Below are positions 55,337 to 64,000 of a stretch of 64,000 nt of DNA, piece by piece; within the stretch, counting starts at the first letter, position 1; every line of letters begins with the position of its first letter. Source of the stretch: Candidatus Parcubacteria bacterium (lineage in GTDB: Bacteria; Patescibacteriota; Minisyncoccia; SURF-38); the NCBI GenBank assembly GCA_003599335.1, contig QZJN01000007.1, forward strand, positions 812 to 64,811, written 5' to 3'. The notes below the pieces were generated by a model. That model made no database searches, had not been told where the DNA came from, and worked only from the letters and a program-made list of their open reading frames with translations. The translations under genes and the position numbers were made by a program.

Positions 55337-56341
55337 TTATTCTTCGGTCAATCTAAGAGTTAGTCCGAGTTTACCCAATTCTTTTTTTATTTCTTTTAAC
55401 CCTTTTTCTCCAAGACCTCTTAATGCCTTTACATCTCTCTCGGTCCTTGAAACCAAATCATTAATATTATAAATATTAGCCCTACTCAAAGCGTTAAAAG
55501 TTCTGGGGGAAAGATTAAGGGAACTAACGTTTTGAGATGAATCCCCTTCTGGCTCTTCGGACTTTTCTGCTTCAGCCACAGGTTCTGCTAAAGGTATTGC
55601 CGAAGTAGTTTTTATGTTTTCCTCCTCAACTTTTTTTGGCTTGGAAGAAACTTTTGCCTCTATTCCAACTAAAAGTTCTTTGAACTGATCAACTAAAATT
55701 TGAACCGCCTGACGCAACGCTTCTTCCGGACTTATTGTGCCGTCTGTCTCCAATGTTAATCTAATCAAATTATAATCGGTTCTTTCTCCAACACGCATGT
55801 TTTCAATCTCATAATTAACCTTCCTCACAGGAGTAAAAATCGCATCAAGAGCAATAGTGCCTGTGGTCAGTTTTTCTTTACGTCTTTGTTCCGCGGTTTG
55901 ATATCCGATACCCTCTTCAACCTCAAGCTCCATCTCAAACTCTGCTTTTTTGTCTGTAAGGGTTGCAATATGAAGATCTGGGTTCATGATTTCGACTTGC
56001 GACGGGCACTGAATATCTCCAGCCTTAACCTCTCTTTCTCCCTTTACCTTTATGGATAATTTTTGCGACTGACCGCCAAAAAGTCTCAACCGGACCTGCT
56101 TTAAATTCAGCATTATCTCAACCACATCCTCAAGAACATGAGGAATTGTGGAAAATTCATGGCTTACGCCCTTTATCTTAACCATTGAAATGGCTGCTCC
56201 TCTTAAAGATGATAATAAAATCCTTCTTAGGGCGTTGCCGATTGTTGTGCCGTAACCTGGATATAAATTTTCTATCTCAAAAACAGCTTCGTTGTTTTTT
56301 TGAGATATCAACCTTGGCGGATTTGGTAATGTTATTAACAT
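55337..56341 (-). CDS. rpoA: DNA-directed RNA polymerase subunit alpha
   Basis: LYPGYGTTIGNALRRILLSSL N-terminal domain and a C-terminal alphaCTD. Confidence 0.9.
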   Translation of the reverse strand: MLITLPNPPRLISQKNNEAVFEIENLYPGYGTTIGNALRRILLSSLRGAAISMVKIKGVSHEFSTIPHVLEDVVEIMLNLKQVRLRLFGGQSQKLSIKVKGEREVKAGDIQCPSQVEIMNPDLHIATLTDKKAEFEMELEVEEGIGYQTAEQRRKEKLTTGTIALDAIFTPVRKVNYEIENMRVGERTDYNLIRLTLETDGTISPEEALRQAVQILVDQFKELLVGIEAKVSSKPKKVEEENIKTTSAIPLAEPVAEAEKSEEPEGDSSQNVSSLNLSPRTFNALSRANIYNINDLVSRTERDVKALRGLGEKGLKEIKKELGKLGLTLRLTEE

Positions 56342-56358
56342 AGTTTTTATAAAAATTA

Positions 56359-56988
56359 TTAGCGAGAATAATACTCAACTACAAACTGAAGGTTGGGGGC
56401 ATCCTGAACTTCCTCAAGATTCGGGGAGCCAACAACTTTGGCGACAAATTTATCTTTATCCATTTCAATCCACCCCGGAGGAGTATATCTTTTTAGATGG
56501 TTTCCAAGATCCTTAAATAAAGGAGAATTTTTGGATCTTTCATAAATACTTACCATATCCCCCTTCTTAACAGCGCAACTTGGCAGATTATTTCTCTTTC
56601 CATTTACCGCTATATGGCCATGAGAAACGATTTGTCTTGCGATGGTTCGGGAAATCGCCAAGCCAGATCTGAAAACAACATTATCAAGCCTGGTTTCCAA
56701 TTTTTGATACAAAGCCTGAGCCGTATTGCCGATAGCCTTTGAGGCTTCTTTAAAATATTTTTCAAGCTGTCTTTCGGGGATATTATAACCAAATCTAACT
56801 TTTTGTTTTTCTAAAAGATGAGAACCATAATCTGAAACGTTGAATTTCCTGCGCTTGCCATGAAAACCGGGCGGAGCTGGATTTCGGATCATGGCGTGTT
56901 TTTGAGAATAAGAACGTTCCCCCTTCAGAAAAAGGTTTTGTCCGACCCTGCGGGATAATTTTTCTTTTGGACCCAAAGCTGGACGCAT
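56359..56988 (-). CDS. rpsD: 30S ribosomal protein S4
   Basis: LSRRVGQNLFLKGERS N-terminus and an S4 RNA-binding domain. Confidence 0.9.
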   Translation of the reverse strand: MRPALGPKEKLSRRVGQNLFLKGERSYSQKHAMIRNPAPPGFHGKRRKFNVSDYGSHLLEKQKVRFGYNIPERQLEKYFKEASKAIGNTAQALYQKLETRLDNVVFRSGLAISRTIARQIVSHGHIAVNGKRNNLPSCAVKKGDMVSIYERSKNSPLFKDLGNHLKRYTPPGWIEMDKDKFVAKVVGSPNLEEVQDAPNLQFVVEYYSR

Positions 56989-56991
56989 ATA

Positions 56992-57435
56992 TTAAACTCT
57001 CCTTGTTTTTGGAGGACGAGGACCGTTATGAGGCATTGGCGTAACGTCCTTTATATAGATAATTTCAAAACCCTTATTGGCCAAAGTTCTTATCGCCGAT
57101 TCACGACCAGAGCCTATGCCTTTAACCAAAACTCCAAGCTCAGAAACGCCATCTTTTTTAGCTTTATCACCAACTATTTCGGCAACTTTTGAAGCCGCAA
57201 AAGGAGTTGATTTTTTAGTACCCTTGAACCCAGAGGCTCCGGCAGATGTACTGACAATAACATTTCCAGATTCGTCTGTTATGGAAATAATTGTGTTATT
57301 GTAGGTTGCAGAAACATGAGCGACTCCTCTTGAGACTCTGTGTTTTGCTTTAGAAGTTGCCGCGGCTTTTGGTTGACCACCCTCAACAACTAAAGTTTCC
57401 TCTTCGGCTTTTTTAATAATTCTTTTTTTACCCAT
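56992..57435 (-). CDS. rpsK: 30S ribosomal protein S11
   Basis: GVAHVSATYNNTIISITDESGNVI...TPMPHNGPRPPKTRRV. Confidence 0.9.
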   Translation of the reverse strand: MGKKRIIKKAEEETLVVEGGQPKAAATSKAKHRVSRGVAHVSATYNNTIISITDESGNVIVSTSAGASGFKGTKKSTPFAASKVAEIVGDKAKKDGVSELGVLVKGIGSGRESAIRTLANKGFEIIYIKDVTPMPHNGPRPPKTRRV

Positions 57436-57470
57436 AAAGTACCTAAATACTAAATTCTAAATACAAAAGT

Positions 57471-57860
57471 TTATGTCGGCGACGCTGCTGGTTTTCGCCC
57501 GGAACCAACCGTTTTTCTTACATTACCCCTGACAGTTCTTGAATTCGTTTTTGTTCTTTGTCCTCTGGTTGGTAACCTGCGAGAATGCCTCATTCCCCTA
57601 AAAGAAGTTATTTCCTTTAGCCTTTTTATATTCATTAAAACTTCCCTTCTTAAATCACCTTCAACTTTATGTTTCTTTTCAACAATTTCTCGAACTCGGT
57701 TAATTTCTTCATCGGTCAACTCTTTCGCTCGCTTATTTTTATCAATTTTAGCCTGAGATAAAATCTTCTCTGAAAGCGAACGTCCAATCCCGTAAACGTA
57801 AGTTAAAGCAACTTCCAATCTTTTATCTTCTGGTATATTTACACCGGCAATTCTTGGCAT
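57471..57860 (-). CDS. rpsM: 30S ribosomal protein S13
   Basis: MPRIAGVNIPEDKRLEVALTYVYGIG. Confidence 0.9.
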   Translation of the reverse strand: MPRIAGVNIPEDKRLEVALTYVYGIGRSLSEKILSQAKIDKNKRAKELTDEEINRVREIVEKKHKVEGDLRREVLMNIKRLKEITSFRGMRHSRRLPTRGQRTKTNSRTVRGNVRKTVGSGRKPAASPT

Positions 57861-57866
57861 GATTTT

Positions 57867-57980
57867 TTATCCCTGGCGTTGTTTGTGTTTTGGATTTGAA
57901 CAAATTACATAAACTCGACCCTTACGTCGGATGACTTTACACTTAGCGCATATTTTTTTAACAGAAGCTCTTACTTTCAT
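57867..57980 (-). CDS. rpmJ: 50S ribosomal protein L36
   Basis: [37 protein letters not shown]. Start at the internal Met of the longer track ORF. Confidence 0.85.
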   Translation of the reverse strand: MKVRASVKKICAKCKVIRRKGRVYVICSNPKHKQRQG

Positions 57981-58038
57981 AAACGATAATAATCGAGCCC
58001 TCATTGCGAGGACATTGTATGCAAATTGAACGGAAGTT

Positions 58039-58245
58039 TTAGAGACGGCGGGTAATGCGGCCCTTTGTTTTATCGTATTCGCTAAGCTCAACCTCGATTC
58101 TGTCGCCGGGTAAAATTCGGATTCTATACATCCGCATCTTCCCCGATAAATGCGCCAAAACTTCCTGGTTGTTGTCTAGCCTAACTTTAAAAAAACCAGA
58201 AGGCAAAGCTTCAACAACATCCCCAACAACCCTTTCTTTTGCCAT
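58039..58245 (-). CDS. infA: translation initiation factor IF-1
   Basis: S1-like fold: [46 protein letters not shown]. Confidence 0.9.
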   Translation of the reverse strand: MAKERVVGDVVEALPSGFFKVRLDNNQEVLAHLSGKMRMYRIRILPGDRIEVELSEYDKTKGRITRRL

Positions 58246-58280
58246 TTAAATGCTTGTCCTTTTTAACAAAATTTCTGTAA

Positions 58281-60017
58281 TTAGTCAACCTCCACCTTTA
58301 TTTTATCCAGATCTGACGGGGCTTTTCCCGACCAGAATGGCCAAAGTGTTATTTTTGCCCTTTCGATGCCAGATTCAGAAGCCAAAATACTCCTTATTTC
58401 GGACTCATCCTGACCCAAAACCTTTTTGGCCAACTTATCAACCTCAACCCTGGAAGCAATCGTCGCTTTAGTCTCAACTGAAGCAGAAAATGTCTGCTTG
58501 CTCGCATCAAGTAATGGCTCCGAATACATAAACCCTTCGGTGTTTTCGATAAATGTTGCCTGGGTCAATTTAACAGCTAACCTATCGCCAACAACCTGCT
58601 CAAGGTCTTTTTCCCTAAAAGCCATAAGGCTTAAAGAACCTTTAACAACGGCTTCAAAATTCTGGGCTCTGGATCCCGCCTTAAGCGGGCTTCTGAATTC
58701 TTCCACTTTTTTAACTTTAGCCTCTGCTATTACTTTTAAATCGCTTGGGATTCTCGTCTGCCATTCTTGTTCAAGAATATCAAACACTCTCTGCTCAAGT
58801 TGCTGTCTGGCTCTGTTTAAATCTTCTTCTGTAACAACCGAAACTTCTCCAGTGAAGCCTCCCCCGATCGGTGAATTTGATTTTCCGTAAAATCCGTTGA
58901 ATTTGGGAGAACCTTGAAACCCGGGAATGCTAAACGTTGTCGGGCCTATATTATAAGATTCTCCCGTGCCCTCAGCGACAACTTCGGCATCAATCGAATT
59001 TGGAATTATTTTTCCCTCTTCAACTTTGGCTCCTGGAACAACTATCTGTTTGGTTAGACGGAAAATTTTGCCATCGGGCGAAAGAAACCTTGTGTTTGCG
59101 ACAAGCGTTTGCGGCGAAGAGCTATAGGCATTAAAAACCTGAATGATCCCCCTGGCACTTTCTTCAACAAACTGACGCCCGCTGCTTGGCAAAACCGCAG
59201 AAACTTCTCTTTCAAGCCTTAAATATTGGCCCGGCAAAATACTTTTATTTCCAGGCCCAAAGCTGACAACCTGCTTGGCAGCCGCTGAAGCCTCAACATC
59301 AAAAGAAATATTCTCAAACTGACGTTTTGGTGTGATAATAACTTTAGCAGAAGGAAAAACAAACGAGCTCGCAAGGACAAAAATAATAACAACAGCAACA
59401 AAAAAACCCAAAAGAAAAAGTAGTTTTTTCTTCCTTCCTTCGTTGTTCCCAACTGCCAAAACTTCTTCCGGTTGCCTATTATCTTGAAAATCTTCCATCC
59501 ATGAATCAACTTGAGCTTCTGGTTGAGGCTCTGGAATAATTTTTTCGGGTCCAGGCTCAATCTCTTTTACTTTAGGTTCAACGGCTTTTTTGGCTCTGGA
59601 AGAAATTTTCTTCTTGGGAACTTCTTCTTTTTTTACCTCAATTGTTTTACTTACCCTTCTTGGACCATCAAGACTCTGCTTCACTGGAGAAATATCCGAA
59701 ACTTTAAGCGAAGTTTTTGCCGCGAGAGTTTCAAAATAATCGCTCCCGGGACGAACTCTATTTAAGGGCTTAACCAAAAAACCGGCCTTGGCCACGGATA
59801 TTTTAATTGTTTCATCGTCAGTAACGACAACTATTTTTTTGCGGGCACTGATGGTTTTTTCTTTTAAAAGTCTTAAAGCAACTTCGCTTTTTAAAACCTT
59901 ATAACCCTCCGGTACAACAAGACGCAATATTTCCTCGCGGGAAGACAAAATCTCTTCAACCAATTCGGCTAAAGATGTATTTTCTAAAACTTCGATTACC
60001 TTATCTGGACTTTTCAT
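58281..60017 (-). CDS. hypothetical bitopic membrane protein (578 aa)
   Basis: Cytoplasmic N-domain of about 95 aa and a charged linker. One TM helix (LLFLLGFFVAVVIIFVLASSFVF) is followed by an extracytoplasmic domain of about 340 aa. Start overlaps the stop of the upstream FtsA-like gene by 4 nt. Confidence 0.35.
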   Translation of the reverse strand: MKSPDKVIEVLENTSLAELVEEILSSREEILRLVVPEGYKVLKSEVALRLLKEKTISARKKIVVVTDDETIKISVAKAGFLVKPLNRVRPGSDYFETLAAKTSLKVSDISPVKQSLDGPRRVSKTIEVKKEEVPKKKISSRAKKAVEPKVKEIEPGPEKIIPEPQPEAQVDSWMEDFQDNRQPEEVLAVGNNEGRKKKLLFLLGFFVAVVIIFVLASSFVFPSAKVIITPKRQFENISFDVEASAAAKQVVSFGPGNKSILPGQYLRLEREVSAVLPSSGRQFVEESARGIIQVFNAYSSSPQTLVANTRFLSPDGKIFRLTKQIVVPGAKVEEGKIIPNSIDAEVVAEGTGESYNIGPTTFSIPGFQGSPKFNGFYGKSNSPIGGGFTGEVSVVTEEDLNRARQQLEQRVFDILEQEWQTRIPSDLKVIAEAKVKKVEEFRSPLKAGSRAQNFEAVVKGSLSLMAFREKDLEQVVGDRLAVKLTQATFIENTEGFMYSEPLLDASKQTFSASVETKATIASRVEVDKLAKKVLGQDESEIRSILASESGIERAKITLWPFWSGKAPSDLDKIKVEVD

Positions 60018-61273
60018 TGTTTGCCTGATTGATTAAAAACTTGCAGAGCCTTACGTAAAATGATATCAGCTTGTGATGAAATATTATAATTACGGGTAAG
60101 CCATCTCACTGCCGAGAGTAAAGGAACAGCAGAAGGCCCCTCTAAACTCTCTGTTGAATCTATCACATCCTTTATATCCGATGGCAATAAAACTTCAATA
60201 CTTGGCTGTTTTGGAAAAGGAAGACCAACCAACCAAGAATTTTGTGAAAACATCTTTTTTACGAGACTAACCCTTATCCCGCCTCCGCACAAAAAAACTT
60301 TTTCGGGAAACCCACCGGCTGTTTCGGAAAAACCCTTAAGAGCCTGCACAACTGAATCTCTTAAAAGCTCCACTCTTCCCCTTATTCCATTTTCGAGTTT
60401 TCTTGTTTCAACCTGATCTAACTCCCCAAGCTCGTATTGAATCTTTTTTTGAACCGCTTCTTCAAAACTTAAAGAAAAAGTTTCCATAATGCCCTCTGTA
60501 ATCGCCTTGCCGCCAATCTGAGCCGATTGGATTCCTTCAATTATGGAATCCCTGGCAACAATAACATCCGTATTGGTCTGACCAATATCAATAACAATGG
60601 CCCCAAATTGAGTAAGGCTATGCTTCATCTGGGCGAGCGTCGTCGCAAAAACGCTCGAAACCAAACCTCTCGCGCTAAGTTTTAAAACTCCGACAATTTC
60701 ATCAAAAAAACCCTTCTGGCCTGAAGCAAGATAAAAAACCAAAAGCTTAACCTCTATCTCCGCCCCTTTAAAACCGATGGGATTAACAACATGATACCCG
60801 TCTATCTCCAGACGCTGTAAAGCCGCGCTTGCAATCACCGGCTTGAAAACACTTAAATCTTTTGCAACGGCGTTTTCAGATGCGTTTTTTAAAGCCCGTT
60901 CCAAAATACCCTGAAATTCGGCATCATAAATTCTCTCTTGGGGATTTTGACGCCTTTCCTTCCAAACATGTAAAACCCCCTTTAAGGTATCCCCGTTATA
61001 AACAACTATGCATTCGGAAGTTTTTGCTCTTGCAGCAGTTAATGCTTGGTTGATTGCTTTTTTTGCAACCTCTATTCCACCTTCAATACCTCTAAAATTA
61101 GAAGCTCCTTGTTGCTGGTTATAATATTCTCTTCCAATCCCAATGACATAGCCTATTTTTTTAACCTCATCCAAACTAACAACAACGGCCTTCACGGATC
61201 CTGAACCAAAATCCAAGACAATCACATGAGGTCCTCCAAATTTAGGTTTTTTTGCAAAGTCCCAAAACGCCAT
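60014..61273 (-). CDS. FtsA-like (FtsA/PilM family) actin-fold ATPase
   Basis: HVIVLDFGSGSVKAVVVS phosphate-1, IVIDIGQTNTDVIVA phosphate-2 and VFLCGGG adenosine motifs. Confidence 0.5.
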   Translation of the reverse strand: MAFWDFAKKPKFGGPHVIVLDFGSGSVKAVVVSLDEVKKIGYVIGIGREYYNQQQGASNFRGIEGGIEVAKKAINQALTAARAKTSECIVVYNGDTLKGVLHVWKERRQNPQERIYDAEFQGILERALKNASENAVAKDLSVFKPVIASAALQRLEIDGYHVVNPIGFKGAEIEVKLLVFYLASGQKGFFDEIVGVLKLSARGLVSSVFATTLAQMKHSLTQFGAIVIDIGQTNTDVIVARDSIIEGIQSAQIGGKAITEGIMETFSLSFEEAVQKKIQYELGELDQVETRKLENGIRGRVELLRDSVVQALKGFSETAGGFPEKVFLCGGGIRVSLVKKMFSQNSWLVGLPFPKQPSIEVLLPSDIKDVIDSTESLEGPSAVPLLSAVRWLTRNYNISSQADIILRKALQVFNQSGKQ

Positions 61274-61314
61274 TAGCTAAAATTAGTTATATTTTCATTG
61301 TAATGCCTATCTCA

Positions 61315-63054
61315 TTAAGGCTCAACAACTGCCCTAATTCGGCGCACCCCGGCGCTGGAAGATTCTTCCTTGGTTATTTTAAACCTCCCTATCTCGCCGG
61401 TTCTTTGAACATGAGGTCCTCCACAAAGCTCCTTGGAATAATCTCCAATAGAATAGACATTTACCTCGGGAGGGTACTTAAGTTTAAAAAAAGCTCTTGC
61501 TCCAGATTTTAAAGCATCTTCCAATTTCATTTTAGTAATAGTTATAGGCAAATCTTCTTTTATTTTTTTATTTACAATTTCTTCAATTTTTTTAAGCTCT
61601 TCGGCGGCAACTTTACGGTTAAACTTAAAGTCAAATCGAGTACGCTCTGGTGTAATATCCGAACCTCTTTGCTCGATTTCATCACCCAATATGTCGTGCA
61701 ACGCCTGGTTTAAAAGATGCGTTGCTGTGTGCAACCGGGTCACTTTTTGAAGCTCTTGCTCGTTGCCGGCCTTAAGCTCACCCGTATCCATAATAAGCCC
61801 GTGCCCTCCAAATTTTTTTTCAACTCCAGCACGAGAAATTTCCTGATGTTTTGCAAGTTCCTTTTCAAACTCCTCTTTCGAGAAATTAACCCCCTTCTCT
61901 CTAGCCATCTCCTCTAAAAGCTCAAAAGGAAATCCATAACTTTGGTATAGATAAAACGATTCTCTTCCGCCAATAACCTTATGCTGAGCCATTTTTTCAA
62001 ACTCCTTTAGTCCCCTTTCTAAAGCTGACCCAAATTTTTCCTGCTCCAAAAGCAACACTTCAATAATTTCTTTCTTATGCTCGGCAAGCTCTAGATAGTA
62101 GTTTTTATAAAACTTAATTACTTCCTCCCCCAACATTTCGTAAAGCTTTACATCCAATTTGTGAAGTTTTGCAAGTCTGATAGCACGACGTAAAAGTCGC
62201 CTCAATATATATCCAGCTTCAACATTTGATGGCCGCACGCCATCGGCTATCAAAAACACCGCCCCTCGCAAGTGATCTGCTAGGATTCGTCCAACTCGGA
62301 CATCCTCAACATTAATCTTTTCTATTAGGGATGCAAACAAATCCGTCTCAAAAATCGTACTTTTGCCCTGCACAACCATTGCTAATCGTTCAAGCCCCAT
62401 TCCCGTATCAACCCCTGGAATAGACAACTTCTCTAATTTTTTATTTGAATGTTGAAAGTGCTCGTTAAAAACGATATTCCAAATTTCAACTCCTTTTACA
62501 TAAATTTCCGTCGTTGGCCCGCAGGGTCCTTGATTACCCGTTGGCCCCCAAAAGTTGTCTTCTCTACCGGCTTTATGAATATCTTTTTCTTTTATTCCAA
62601 GCGACTTCCAAATTTCTGCAGATTCTTTATCTTCCGGGACATCTCTATCGCCTCCAAACACCGAAACATAGTCAATTTTTAAACCAAGTTCCTTAACTAT
62701 AAATTCATAGGCATACTCAATCGCTTCTTTTTTAAAGTATCCGCCAAAAGAAAAATTTCCCAACATCTCAAAAAACGTAAGGTGAGACTCATCGCCAACT
62801 TCATTAATATCTGAAGTTCTGAAAGATTTTTGGATAGAAGCAACGTTTTTGGAACCAAGAGGCTTGCCCAAAGTTCCATGAATTGAAGTTAAAGGGTCGG
62901 CATCACCGGTGTAATATGGCTTAAATTGCTGCATTCCCGCGGTTGTTAAAAGCACCGACGGATCATCGGGCAAAAGCGAACTTGAAGGCACAATAACGTG
63001 CCCTTTTTTCTTAAAAAAATCTAAGAATTTATTGCGAAGTTCTTGCGAAATCAC
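61315..63054 (-). CDS. alaS: alanyl-tRNA synthetase, truncated form (579 aa)
   Basis: N-terminus FLDFFKKKGHVIVPSSSLLPDDPSVLLTTAGMQQFKPYYTG and the class II core. Ends with the CGGPHV...GEIGRFKI editing-site segment. The C-Ala domain is absent. Confidence 0.8.
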   Translation of the reverse strand: MISQELRNKFLDFFKKKGHVIVPSSSLLPDDPSVLLTTAGMQQFKPYYTGDADPLTSIHGTLGKPLGSKNVASIQKSFRTSDINEVGDESHLTFFEMLGNFSFGGYFKKEAIEYAYEFIVKELGLKIDYVSVFGGDRDVPEDKESAEIWKSLGIKEKDIHKAGREDNFWGPTGNQGPCGPTTEIYVKGVEIWNIVFNEHFQHSNKKLEKLSIPGVDTGMGLERLAMVVQGKSTIFETDLFASLIEKINVEDVRVGRILADHLRGAVFLIADGVRPSNVEAGYILRRLLRRAIRLAKLHKLDVKLYEMLGEEVIKFYKNYYLELAEHKKEIIEVLLLEQEKFGSALERGLKEFEKMAQHKVIGGRESFYLYQSYGFPFELLEEMAREKGVNFSKEEFEKELAKHQEISRAGVEKKFGGHGLIMDTGELKAGNEQELQKVTRLHTATHLLNQALHDILGDEIEQRGSDITPERTRFDFKFNRKVAAEELKKIEEIVNKKIKEDLPITITKMKLEDALKSGARAFFKLKYPPEVNVYSIGDYSKELCGGPHVQRTGEIGRFKITKEESSSAGVRRIRAVVEP

Positions 63055-63059
63055 TTTGT

Positions 63060-64000
63060 TTATTTTAATACCATTGCCTGAGCTTCAAAATTCAACCCAA
63101 TTTTACTATTGTAACCTCCTTCCATCACTCCTCCGCCAAGTAGTTGATCCCCCTGATAAAAAACTAAAAATTGCCCTTCGGCCACTCCCCTTTGTGGCTT
63201 CTTCAAATTAACCTCAATACTTTTCCCTTTTTCCTCTACCCTGACTATCGCTGGTACATCCGGCTGTCTATATCTAATTTTAACATCCACCTCTAACGGC
63301 AATTTAGGCTCAACCCCAGAAACCCAGTTAATATTTATTAACCGGATTGTATCTTTGTATAAAATTGGGTCGGTTTCCTTGGCAACAATAAGCGTGTTTG
63401 TTTTATAGTCCTTACCAGCAACATACCACGGACCCGTACCGCCAATACCAACTCTCTCGCGCTGGCCGATTGTATAACCATTAAGGCCTGTATGTTCACC
63501 CATAACTTCTCCGCGATTGTCAACTATTACGCCCGATTTTAACTCCATAAACTTTTCAAGCACTTTTGGAAGTTCAATGTGCCCAACAAAGCAAAGACCT
63601 TGGGAATCTTTTTTATCTGCATTGAACAACCCATGCTCTCGCGCAATTTCACGAACCTGTGGCTTTGTAAGCTCTCCTATTGGAAATAAGGCATATTTCA
63701 GTTGCTCTCGAGTTAACTGACACAAAAAATAAGACTGATCTTTGTTGCTATCAACCGCCTTATAAAGTTTGTCGTCAATTTTTTTTACATAATGTCCGGT
63801 TGCAATAAAATCGTACCCAAACTCAATAGCTTTTTTTAGAAAAATACCAAACTTAATATGCTTGTTGCACAATACGTCCGGATTTGGCGTTCGTCCGGCT
63901 TTATACTCATCCAAAAAATATTGAAAAATTATATCACGATATTCCTGCTCAAAGTTAAATGTCTGAAACGGAATATCCAAATGCGCGGCAATCTGTAAAG
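63060..64000 (-). CDS. mnmA: tRNA-specific 2-thiouridylase MnmA (partial, N-terminus beyond window end)
   Basis: DKKDSQGLCFVG and downstream MnmA domains. The reading frame stays open to the window edge, so the PP-loop N-terminus is missing. Confidence 0.8.
   Translation of the reverse strand, partial: LQIAAHLDIPFQTFNFEQEYRDIIFQYFLDEYKAGRTPNPDVLCNKHIKFGIFLKKAIEFGYDFIATGHYVKKIDDKLYKAVDSNKDQSYFLCQLTREQLKYALFPIGELTKPQVREIAREHGLFNADKKDSQGLCFVGHIELPKVLEKFMELKSGVIVDNRGEVMGEHTGLNGYTIGQRERVGIGGTGPWYVAGKDYKTNTLIVAKETDPILYKDTIRLININWVSGVEPKLPLEVDVKIRYRQPDVPAIVRVEEKGKSIEVNLKKPQRGVAEGQFLVFYQGDQLLGGGVMEGGYNSKIGLNFEAQAMVLK

Noticed and set aside
1-64000. CRISPR array
   Set aside because: No series of regularly spaced identical repeats of 24 to 48 bp was seen anywhere in the window. 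The only multi-copy exact element is the 16-bp palindrome, with irregular spacing of 300 bp and 8.8 kb.

Overview
This 64 kb window comes from a low-GC bacterium with a compact genome. It is probably a Candidate Phyla Radiation (Patescibacteria)-like organism. That is an inference from very short AspRS, ProRS and AlaRS genes, a DnaX that stops after the gamma domains, lysine-rich proteins, ribosomal-protein extensions and tight overlapping gene packing.

Most of the window is core machinery:
- Five aminoacyl-tRNA synthetases (aspS, gltX, serS, lysS, proS) plus a truncated alaS.
- A reduced dcw cell-wall cluster (dacA-like, mraY, ftsW, murG) and a full rod-shape operon (mreB-mreC-mreD-mrdA) with a second mreB-like paralog.
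- scpA and scpB, def and fmt, dnaX, holB, frr, rseP, greA, alr and tsaC.
- A block of ribosomal genes with rpoA on the minus strand (infA, rpmJ, rpsM, rpsK, rpsD, rpoA, rplQ, rplM, rpsI).
- One tRNA-Gln(UUG) and a XerC/D-type recombinase.

The accessory content sits downstream of the tRNA-Gln, from about 20.7 to 28.0 kb:
- A PP2C-like phosphatase and an EamA-type transporter.
- A stand-alone reverse transcriptase whose motifs resemble the AbiK / Abi-P2 abortive-infection class. No intron, retron or DGR hallmarks are visible.
- A small DUF2784-like membrane protein.
- A roughly 3.5 kb island (about 24.55 to 28.02 kb) of sharply higher GC, about 60% by eye against mid-30s to low-40s elsewhere. 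It carries a minus-strand ParB-fold protein with a DGQHR/DUF262-like motif, three small co-oriented ORFs behind strong Shine-Dalgarno sites, and a lone PyrD-family (dihydroorotate-dehydrogenase-like) flavoenzyme. Two closely related terminator-like repeats bracket the PyrD-family gene.

A perfect 16-bp palindrome, GTTAACAATTGTTAAC, occurs three times in the window. Two copies bracket a 67-aa excisionase-family HTH gene. The third lies between the DUF2784-like gene and the left edge of the high-GC island.

A second accessory cluster at 29.5 to 36.8 kb encodes a GtrA-like protein, a bacterial PH-domain protein, a TraD/VirD4-like coupling ATPase and two GT39/ArnT-like membrane glycosyltransferases.
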